From the NCBI GenBank assembly GCA_030704615.1, contig CM060734.1, positions 43,152,001-43,216,000 of the forward strand: a stretch of DNA of 64,000 bases, in the 5' to 3' direction. The stretch is from Takakia lepidozioides (Eukaryota; Plantae; Bryophyta). Position numbers and translations under genes: made by a program. The notes under the pieces were generated by a model. That model was not told where the DNA came from. It searched no databases and saw only the letters and a program-made list of their open reading frames with translations. Below are positions 26,778-37,332 of this stretch, piece after piece (positions within the stretch are counted from its first letter, which is position 1; every line of letters starts with the position of its first letter).

Positions 26778-28199
26778 GAGGAGGGCGGGAATCTTCATCA
26801 TCACAGGTGGCTTACCAGGAATAGTAAAAAGAAAAAAAGAAAAACAACTTCATTAAACAAAGAGAAATTAAATTAAATTAAACTGAGAGAAAGAAACAAT
26901 GTTTGTGTGCCACAAAGATATCCATCCAGCAACAAGCCACATATCAAATGAGGACATGCGTCAGCTATCATACTCGGCCCGTTTGGTGTCTCTCTTGTGG
27001 GCTGCCCCCCTCCCAAAAGCAATAAAAGACCATTCTAAGATCTATTACATGATTAATTTGCAAGTTCTTTGGCAGGATATGAGAATGAAACACTATTTTA
27101 ACTAATTCTGGACTTTTGTTTGGTCCAGAAATAATATGAGAAATATGAATAAACAAAATTTATTATTGAAAAAATAATATATATGATTATTTTGGTTATT
27201 TTATATACAATATAATCCTCCAAACATTTTTTGGAGACAATATAAGTATGTATTGTGGTTTTAGAAGAACATCCACTGCCAAGTTGACGTTCACGAAAAA
27301 ATTGGGATGATGCAATAAATTACATCATGATGTGAGGTTAGATATGTAAAACTTTTTGCAGAATATGGTTGCCATATCAGATGACATACAAAACCAAACA
27401 TAGAACAATCATGGCATGTGATGAAGATGATGATATGAAAGAATGTGTCCGCATACATTGATGATAAACATTCATATTTTATTAGAGATTGCAACTTTGG
27501 CGTTGCAGTCAGACCTAATGTAACATCAACTGTACATCCGTTGGACTTAATGTTATCCAGCGGCTCGAAGCCATACAACGGCTTACACTAACCCATTAAT
27601 ATTACAAAGCCTCCTCCCAAACAGCTCGCAGTCAAGGCATGTGTTGGAAGACGCCTCCGGTTACCACAACCACTTGCAACGGTCTCCGCACCAGATGAAA
27701 CAGAAATACTTTCGGAGAACTCGAACCTAGTAGTAACATTATCATCCAAAATGTTACTTGGAACTCTACTTGTTGAATCTCTTGATGCCCTTGAAGCCTG
27801 TCGGGAAGCCCGCCAGCCAATCACGAAGCTCTTCTTCTTCTTTTCGAATTCGCTCCTTGAATGTGACTGGGCAAAACAATTTTTCATATGACAAATGTCA
27901 GCTGAAATGTGGAACATTTGTAGAAAAAATGATAAAGTGCAAGTGCAAGTGGAAGACACTTTCAAGATCAAATTCTCTATAAACAATAAACAGTGGGATA
28001 AGTACATACCAAGGTAATCGGGTTCCTTTTGTTGTGGGATCCAAATACGAGGATCAACATATCTTCCATACCAAGCCCAATAGGCATGGTCACGACCAAT
28101 AGACTTACGAGAACACTTGGCAGGGTTCTCGCTGATGTAATCTACGACTGTTGAAGCTGCAGTCATTTTCAATATATATGGCCACACAGCTTTTGTGCA

Positions 28200-28905
28200 A
28201 AAGCACATTGAAAGCCTGGACATATCCCCGAATGTCGTATGTTTGCTTCAAATTCCTCATCTTGTCCCGGGCAAGCCAGGACGCGTTGAGGGGCACAAAC
28301 TGTCTCTTCATCAATTCCTTGAACCCACTCCAGTTCAAGGTTTCCGGGCTTGGACCTCGGTCGTGAAGGCGTTTCTGCCACCATTGTTGAGCATAGCCCC
28401 TCAAATAGGTGGGAGCCACTTCCACCCGATCCTTGTCATTCAACTTGGCCGCCCGGAAGTACTGCTCTAGCTCCAAGAGCCAGGTGTTGAGTGCCTTCCG
28501 ATTTCGGACGCCCTCGAAGATGCTGGGTTCCTTAGGCTTCACCTTAAACTTTGCCTTAGTGGAAGTAGCATTAGCCGCCTTCAACACGTCTTTCAACGTC
28601 CTGCCAAACTGCGCCAACAACCCTTCCCAAAAAGCTGCCGGCATGGGAGACATCTATTGGTCTGTCGGAGCTCTCAGGGATTCCTCGGGCTCCGACTCCT
28701 CGGATTCCTCCCGCTCATGAGCGGCCTCGTTTTCAGAAACCTGCGTCGCTTCCTCAAACGGCCGCTTCGGTGACACGTCGCCCCCATCGGGCTCACCAGG
28801 TTCATCATCTTTTGGGCCGTTCCGCTTTCGCTTTGGCTTGCCAACCCCATGATGAGGCCAATCCCAAGGACGATCACGTACTGAACTCTAAGCTCTGATA
28901 CCAAG
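28200..28905 (-). mobile_element. gag: Ty3/gypsy internal region: tRNA-iMet PBS (28892-28903) and truncated gag; pol and 3' LTR missing
   Basis: TGGTATCAGAGC lies 2 nt after the LTR. Gag reads KPKEPSIFEG..WLLELEQYF..TYLRGYAQQWW..WSGFKELMKRQF..ARDKMRNLKQT..YVQAFN, and similarity stops at ~28200. Confidence 0.9.
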
Positions 28906-29621
28906 TGTCGCGCACCTCACTTCGGTAAGCTTCCCTTCAAGTCATAGCTCGATGCGCGTGCCTAACTCCCAACCTAGCCGCCGGGCCAACTTGGAGCTTC
29001 GGCTGCTCACCGGGGCATAACGGTCCCCCTTTGATCTCCCAAAGAACCCTCCACCGATTTGGGCCAGCGGGAATTCCCTTTGGTAGTTGGCAGTCCGGAA
29101 CAGCTCCCCACTCTTTGGTCGCTTTCCGGCTCGCTCGCTTACTCACTAGTTTTTGGTCACCAACAGGCTTGCACCGTTCTCGGGGTTACTACTCCCTATA
29201 TATACTTCTGTAGTTGTCCGCGGGGGTTTCACAAACAACCATGCCATTTTATGGCGAACCACCACGAAAACCCTCGACTCCCGGTGGTGAGTCGCGGTGA
29301 ATCTTGGCCCACTCACCACGGCCCCATTGGGCCGTGATGAGTCCCGAGACTCCCCACGACTCCCACCACGAGGTCTCCACCCCATGGTGAGTCCTATGTC
29401 ACCCCCACTAAGTCCCGCTAAGCTACCACCACCCCTTGTGGAGCCACCCCCACCGCAACCCGGTGTGCGGGGCTCCGCCTAGTGAGCGCCTCTGCCTCCT
29501 TGAGTGCCTTGGGCACTCAAGGGTGCTTCAGACCCCGTACCTATCGCTGCTACTGCCCCCACCACAGGGGCAGCCCCTTCTGTGTCCCGACCCCTTGCTC
29601 TCAAGGCAAAGGGCCGCGACA
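28906..29621 (-). mobile_element. 5' LTR (716 bp) of the Ty3/gypsy element
   Basis: Terminal inverted repeats TGTCGCG (28906) and CGCGACA (29615-29621); TATA-like tatatata at ~29197; abuts the PBS. Confidence 0.88.
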
Positions 29622-30179
29622 CAGAGGGTAACATTATGTCCATTGTCAACGGAAATACTGACCTCATGCCCCGGGGGGTGCACTCCAGCCAATATGTATC
29701 AGCCACGTGCGTGCACAAGAGGGGGTATTTTAAACCCCTCCATGTACAACATTATAAATATAGAGGGGGTTTTATATCACCTTAAATATAATCTTACAGG
29801 AGGGGATTACTAAGTTTTAGGAGTAGTCTAGTGGTAAGGGCATAGAATGATGTGTGACACATCGCGGGATCAAATCGCGATGCAATGTTTTTTGCTTTTC
29901 TTTTTTTCTTTTCCCCGCGATCTGTCTCCCGCGGGCTCTCTTTTCCCTCCTCCCCCGCACCCCTTCCGTGTCAGCATGGTCTTAGCATTCCATGAGCTTT
30001 CTTTCTTGTTTCTTTTTTCCTCTTATCCCATAAGATCTTTGAGCTTCCTGCAGCCATTGTGAAGTACAATCGCATTCTACCAAGATTTGGCGTTTGCGGA
30101 ATAGTGGCACCCTTCCATGGCCTAAGGCCTGGCTCCGGAGGCTGAGACAGAAGCTTAAGTTCATCTTGTGGCTCCTGAG

Positions 30180-31860
30180 AAACCTGGTCGCTATCTCTCA
30201 TTGGCGTCTGGTAGCACCTGCTGGTCCTAAGTTTGGTCATCGGGTTTGGGTTTTGATTCAGGTATGTCCAAACTGATTGTTTTTTTCGTTCTGTTCCTCT
30301 GCGCCTCTCCACCTATCCTCAGCCTCGAGACTTTCAAAGTTGGTAAACAGGGGTATAGGCACAATTCCCTTGATAGAATTGAAGAGAGCGTCTCTTTGGT
30401 GAGAGAACCCCGGACAGTGTATCAGAAAACGAATACTGTCTTCAGGTTGCCCACACAACGGACAATTGCACTCTCCCTTTCCTCTCTGCTTTTGTTTGCT
30501 GTTCAAAGGTAGGCTTCCTTCCCTCAGTTTAAATTTCAGTCTAGTGCCGAGAGTGGGTAGACCCTTGAGGTCATCCAAGATGTCCACCCCCATGTCACTG
30601 ACTGGAACAAGTTCAGGGAAGTTCTCTACCTAACTTCATTTTCATCAGACAATCTCATGGCAACAGACATGGCTTCAGACACTACAGCCTCTAAGTCAGA
30701 TTTATCCAGCAGGGTCAAGACTTGCGGATCCAGGTCAAGGTCCTTGAGAATCTTTTCTACTCTCTTCTGCCAGGACTTCGCCTGTTTGACAGGGTTTAGG
30801 GTTTCCAAGATATAGAGTCGATTAACTTAGGATATCTGGTGTTGGGCATATGTTGCAGCTGACCCCACCATCTGACCTTGATTTCATCTCGTCGGGAGCT
30901 TAATGATGGAATGCCAAACTCACCCCGAACAGCCACATTGGCTGTTTTGGAGCATGCTGACATACACTCCTTAAGCGCCCCACTTGAATGGATTCTAGAG
31001 ACTTAGCCTGGTTGGAGTTATCAACCCATATAGCAGATCCGTACTCCAAGGCAGGTCTAATAACGCGAGAAAGCATGGTTTTCTTAACCTCAGAGTTGAC
31101 CCCTGTGCAGTGGAAAATTTAGTGAGCCCCAGAGCTTTGCCCATTTGGTGAGAGAACCCCAGACAGTGTATCAGAAAATGAATATTGTCTCCAGATTGCC
31201 CACACAATGGGCAGTGCACTCCCCCTTTCCTCTCTGCTTCTGTTTGTTGTTCAAAGGTAAGCTTCCTGCCCTGAGTTTATATTTCAGTCTAGTGTCGAGA
31301 GTGGGTGGACCCTTGAGGTCATCCAAGATGTCCACCCCCATGTCACTGACTGGAACAAGTTCAGGGAAGTTCTCTACCTAACTTCATTTTCATCAGACAA
31401 TCTCATGGCAACAGACATGGCTTCAGACACTACAGCCTCTAAGTCAGATTTATCCAGCAGGGTCAAGACTTGCGGATCCAGGTCAAGGTCCTTGAGAATC
31501 TTTTCTACTCTGGTGTTGGGAAAACACCTTTTGATCTCAGTCCAAACCAGGAAGTGGTCAGAGGTACCAATATCAGTTCTGTCGATCATCGAAGAGAAAC
31601 ACTCGGGGAACAAATTTTTGTCCATTATGATATAGTCCACAATGGAACGTTCCCATTTTGGGATTTCTCACGAGTCCACTACACTTGGTCACCTCTTGTC
31701 TTGTTATTCAAGGTCAAAAGCTGAAGCTCTTCCAGACAGTTAATTAACCGTCTGCCATTAGAATTCAGCTCGTCCTCACCAGAAGACCCAATGATATCGT
31801 CCTGATGGAGCCCTTTGCCCACTTGCGCATTGAAGTCACCTTGCAATAGCACCACAAACA
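30180..31860 (-). mobile_element. Rearranged LINE ORF2 fragments nested in the P-like element (endonuclease, RT remnant, duplicated C-terminal CCHC region)
   Basis: APE endonuclease motifs GDFNAQVG, NSNGRRL, DYII and SDH (31510-31860); RT remnant RKPCFLALLDL (~31060-31090); AVRGEFG..VRWWGQL (~30860-30950); CPLCG..EDSIRFLIHC at ~30400-30470 and ~31150-31220. Confidence 0.85.
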
Positions 31861-32659
31861 TGAAGAGAAACTTTGGAATCTGACACTTTTCTGCCCCCAG
31901 TCAATGGTGGGACAATGTGGGTGGATGGTCAACTGGAAACTGCAACGGCAACAGCGCAATTGATAGAGCAAGGCATTGCTGATGAAGGTACCTTCTTCAA
32001 CACATTTCAGCCTGAGGGCACCTTCTGGTTAGACCTGTTTCAGCCTGTTTTTCCTCTCATCCTCCTCAGCCCTAAAGCATATGTATTGAATTCTGTAAGT
32101 TAGCTCGTGGGTGGATTTGCGGTGCGTTGGAGTGACTTTGCAAGTTTAGGGCCGAGGTGGCAGCATGACAGGGAGGGGTAGCTGTTGATGCAGGGAGAGG
32201 ATCGCGGGTGCAAAATCATCCAAGAGGGCCAGATTTGGAGCAAGGAACAGCGCTGGCAGGAGTTCTATAAATATGATCCACAACGGTGGGACAATATTGT
32301 CAACAAGGTGAACTTTCTTCATGCAATCGTAGGGAGTTTGACAGAACTTGTATTTAAATATGTTAGTGTGGAGGGAGGGGTAGCCGCTGATGCAAGGATG
32401 GACTGTGGGTTCAGGATCACCCAAGAGGGCTACCAGCAGTGGAAGTAGCAGCATTTGGTCAATAGCAGCAGCAAGAATTAGCAACGTCAAACTCATCAAT
32501 CAGGTACTTGCTTCTGTATACATTTTATCATCTTATCAACGTAGTCCCTGCTTGGACAGCCTATAGGGTTGTATAAAACAGGACTTTGGAACCTTCCAAC
32601 CCGGGTGCTTTGTTATTGGTCTATCAAGGTCTGATTTGAAATGTTTTCATTGCATTTTG

Positions 32660-35600
32660 CAGTGTGAACTCATCATGGAAGAAGAGTTGGAAGTAAAAGT
32701 CCTGCTCGTTGGAGGAGATGCATCACCAAATAGGCTTGGTTCTGTGTTCACTATGCAAGGTGTCACATACAAATGCATCCGAGCAGAAATTATAGGTGAT
32801 GAGCTTGTCTCAGCAAAATTTCATTTCATTTCCATGGGGGGTAGTGTCCTTTCAGCCAAGCAAGAAGAGAGGATGGTTCTGAAAGGGGATACTGTACACA
32901 TTAAGATTTCAGAAAACGATGGGGACCAAGGATTGAAAAGACCTCTATCTTCCAGTGGTTCTACGATCTTGCATGAGGACAGACCAGGCAAGGACCCGGC
33001 ACCAGTGTCTACCAAGATGAGGATGGACCCTGATACACCCTTTGCTGGCGATGGTGGAAATGAAGACCATGCACATGAGCATGCACTTCAGCAGAGATCT
33101 GGTAGATTGTGCAGCACGTTGGCTACATCCAACGATATTCAAAAATGGCAGAAAGAGATTAGAGCCGTTGAAAGGAAAATCTCTGCAGAAGGACGATGTG
33201 ACAAGTTTGAGCTGATGACAAAGGATCAAGAAGGACAAGCAATGTTCCACATATGGTGTGTTGAGTGTGAGGATGTTTATGCACGGTCTGGGAAAAGCAA
33301 ACCATATGATGCATGTGCAAACTTTATGAGATCTCATTTGAGAGTGAGGGGCATCGCATAGCCTATGAGAGGCGTCATGGGAAGGGTTCATCACAATGTG
33401 TCATCAGCCCTGTAAATGCAGATGAAGCATTAGACGCAAAGAAGAACAGGGTGAAGGAGGCATTAGAGGAAGTCGCTCGGTTTTGTGAGGACAATCCTGG
33501 AAACAGATTTGAGATTGTGGAAGCCACAATTGGAGACTATTCGTAGTTGGGTTCCATAAGGATTAGGTGCCACTTGATTCGAAGTGGCTACTCTTGTTTC
33601 CAAGGACAGGTTCTTTGCAATCTTCTTTGACAGAGCATGTGAAAGGAAAAACTCATGTCGATGCAGAGATTTGCCAGAAGGTTGAAAGTAGTGAAGGACC
33701 TTGCAAAAAGAGAGGAAGGCCTCCAAAGCCTATGATTGCCAAAGATGTAAAGCAACCGGATCTAAGCTCTTTCTTGGTCAGTCAAACCTGTGTTGCCGTC
33801 CCCACCACTTGACAATCCAATGTGGCATCAAAATGGGAGCATCCTCGTCACAAACTCCATACGCTTTGTTGACGCTGCCCAACGGGGAGATCTGATCGAG
33901 GATTGACAATTACAGCAAAGGTCCCAATGCAACAAAGGAAGAGACAGTTTGTGTTGGGGCCTATGGGATGAATGGTGGGAGTACAACCAGAAGAGAATAA
34001 GTCTGAAACCATTCCTTCAAGATAGCAAGGGAGGAAAGAAGTGGTATGTCGAGCCGTTGACAAATGCAACCATCACTCTAAACAATCAAGAGCATAAGGG
34101 TTGGTACGTTTGGCACGCGGATTGTTTTAGAGTGTCATTGGATGGGGAGCCATTTCCAAACTTGAGATGTTCAGCATGTTCTTCCATTCCCTTGGAAAAT
34201 GACTTCAGAATGAGGGTATATAGAGAAAGAGGTGCATGGAATGTGAGGGGAGAGAGATACTGGCAAGGGAAGAAGGTTGTCATATCTTGGAAATGCGAGA
34301 TTGTCAAACAGTTTACAAAAACAGACAGGAGTTGAGGCAGTTGAGGTTCAAATTGTGGGAGGCCAGGACCAAAGTGGCATCCTTGTCTGTGCGATGTAGG
34401 AGTTTGAAGGAGTCTGGGATTGAGGCAATTGAAAGAGGAGATGTTCTCAAATTTTGTCGTGATATTGTTGATGCACATAGGAGGGGGATTTTGAAGGAAA
34501 AGAAAGTTTGTGGGATTTCTTGTTGATATGGGCAAGAATATTGACAGGTCTCCACAAGGGAAGAGGTATGGTACTAGCACAAAAACAATGTTTGAGACTG
34601 TGCAGCTTTGGGGGGGTCCGAGATTGCATCATTTTTTGGCTTCAAATGTGGGGGGTCCTTTATTGATACTACAAGACGGTCTTTGAGGAAAGGTTTGAAG
34701 TATAGAGCGGGAGAAACGGATGATATATTTCAGCATGTGGCTGGAATTTACAGAGATGTGATGGAAGATGCAAATATTCCATTAGGAAGCATCCCAGTGA
34801 TGGTGGCCGAAGATGAAACTGTTGTGAAACGATTGGTACGTTGGATTGCTAGGGATGACACCCTTCTCGGTTTTGTGGGCTTCAAGACAACCATGTATGT
34901 ATTTCAAATTTTGTGGTGCAAGTGGGAGAAGGGGAATCAGGGTACAAACATATTGTGGAGGCATTCAAAAACAATGTGGTTGCCCATTATGCTAGAGTGT
35001 TGATAGCAAATCCTCTACATGTACGGTTAACTCGATTGGTATTGGTAATCCAGCTCACTTGCAATAGATTTGACAACAATTTTGTGAGATCACAATGGGA
35101 AGTGGTGAGACAATTGTGGGACAAATATGTGAGGGACGTGGTTGGGCCTATAATTGGGCATGCTTCAGACGGAGAAGATTATGCCAATGGGGCTGAAAGT
35201 AGATTTTGCATCCCTTGGGAAGGATGGTTGTTTACAGGTCGAGTGTGCAACGGGGGATATATACGGACTCCATGATCAGGACTTCATCCACAATGGGAAA
35301 AATTTGGTAAATCCCTTGGACAGTGCATCACGGACTTTGTGTTGGGTGATGAGGTTGCTACATTGAATCATGTGTTATTGGTCTACCATTCATTTTCAGT
35401 GGACAAGCATGGACTTCGGGAATGTGATATCAAAAGAGAAGATCGACAGAATTGGCAGCAGCTCAACGACTGGCATCTCGGAAGGTGCAAGCTTGTTTGA
35501 GGGAGTTACAATCAACTGTGAATCATCGAAGAGAGAGGACCAAAGGTACTGAAATTTACCTATACATCATTTCATGCTACATCGACATTTTTTTGTCTCC

Positions 35601-37031
35601 TCACATGTCATTGTGTGAGAGGGTACAATCTGCTGCGAAGGTATCATTTTTTTCAGATTGTGGAAGTTGTGGCTATTCCACCACGAGGTGTATAATCTGA
35701 AATCCTTCTTCATTAGCAGGGAAGCATACTTGGATTTACAAATTTCATGCCACTACGTGGTTTTACTTATCAAATTGTTCAAGGATAAGTTTAATCATGT
35801 GCAAGTTCCTTTGAGCCTTGTTGGTTCAGATGTGTGTGAAATATTCTTCAGCAAAGTGGGAGGTATGTTACGGAATGAGAGGACATATGACGGGTGTGAT
35901 TTGATTGAGAATGCGGGAGCATTAACACGCATATCCGAGTTCGAGGCGAATCCAAAAGGACCCAAGTTCTCAAGAGCTCACAAGAAAACAAGAACACATA
36001 TGGTCTTCTTTGGAGAAGAAGCCAGGTATCCCCCTTGCTGATTTGTCCGACTTTTCTACTGTCCAATCGGATGATTGCATTGTGGAGGCTTTGAAAACTG
36101 GATTTCTAGAAGCGCAACTTTTATGCCATAAACTTGGGATGAAACCAAACAAAGCAACAAACTTGGATTGGTGGAATGAGCCATGGACAATTGAGAGACA
36201 AATGGAGGCGAGCTATTCAAAAGCATGGAAGAGGAGGGTGATGATGTCGATGCCATAGATTCTATTTGTCCTCTTAATGCAGACACACATATTCAAAATG
36301 AGGTCGTGGAAGATGAATTGGTGTGCGGGCCTTCGAATTCAATGGAGGATGTTTGAGCCAACCTTTGGATGATCATGCAGAAGAGGTACTTGTTCAAAGT
36401 GAATTGAGACATACTCTGGATGCTGTCATTGATGAGTTTGAACAAGAGAAAGATGGATCGAAGGCAGTGGTTCCATTTGTCAAAGTAGACGGAAGACCAT
36501 ATTCAAAAACACTTTGGTTAGCCAACTCAATGGCAACCCTACTCTATCCAAGGATAGACACGAGTAAGAAGTGCATCGATGTTGTTTTGCCGAGAAAACA
36601 AACCAACTACCAACAACAAAGCCACGAGCTTGGGATTGGGTTCGGATTGTGCTGTATTTTTGTTGATGGGGGACTGCGATCCAAATTACAAACAGGAAAG
36701 GTAGACCAGGGAAAACCTGCAGAGGAGCAACCAAAGGCACTTGGTATTTGGGCAGGGGGTTCAAAGAATGCGGAAGAAAATCAATAAGCGGTTTGTAGAA
36801 TGTAGGGATTCTGTTGATTTATTGGAGCGTCCTTCTCATATGGAGATTGGGTTAGCATGGTACCAAAAAATTCGAGGAGGGGTCTATACGTACGATTTGA
36901 CGGATAACATGATGGTTGATTTGGATTCCATTATCGCGTTAGCATGTTTAAAGTACAATGTCAAGTCAAACACATATGTTCTTGATGCAAATGACCGAAA
37001 AGTATTTGACAACTTTATCAAAGATAAATAA
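32660..37031 (+). pseudogene. Multiply frameshifted P-element-type transposase with N-terminal zinc fingers and a C-terminal BAH-like domain
   Basis: Ordered motifs: AEDET (~34810), GHASDG (~35160), DQDFIHNGKNLVN (~35275; DxxH..K..N), DRQN.AAAQRL (~35445), GSDVCEIFFSKVGG (~35825). N-terminal WCVEC..FMRSH and EHVKGKTH zinc-finger-like segments. Confidence 0.75.
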
Positions 37032-37332
37032 TTTTTTTAATTAATTTGTTAGATTTTATTATGTTTTAAATGAATAAATTCGATATAATATAAAAACATA
37101 CATATATATTGGAGGGTTATTTTTAATGATGAAAAATGAGAATATACATACAGAAGGGGGTACTTTCCAAAAATTGTAAATTTTTGTATATTTACAGGAG
37201 GGGATTTTATAATCTTCAAAAAGTATGTACAGAGGGGGTATAAATTATCCAAGGACCCGTATACAGGGGGTTTTTTTATTAGGCGACGAACGCACGTGAT
37301 ACGCACAGTTTATAAAGAGTGCACCCCCCGGG

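Larger units (their letters stand above)
29670..37332 (+). mobile_element. 7663-bp TIR DNA transposon, P-element-like
   Basis: Perfect 16-bp TIRs CCCGGGGGGTGCACTC (29670-29685) and GAGTGCACCCCCCGGG (37317-37332). 8-bp TSD CCTCATGC at 29662-29669 and 37333-37340. Subterminal (c/t)a(g)aggggg repeats occur at both ends. Confidence 0.92.

Noticed and set aside
27588-28653. gag ORF continuing into the 27588-28223 ORF as gag-pol
   Set aside because: No zinc knuckle, protease or RT motifs follow; the junction at ~28200 looks like a deletion breakpoint.
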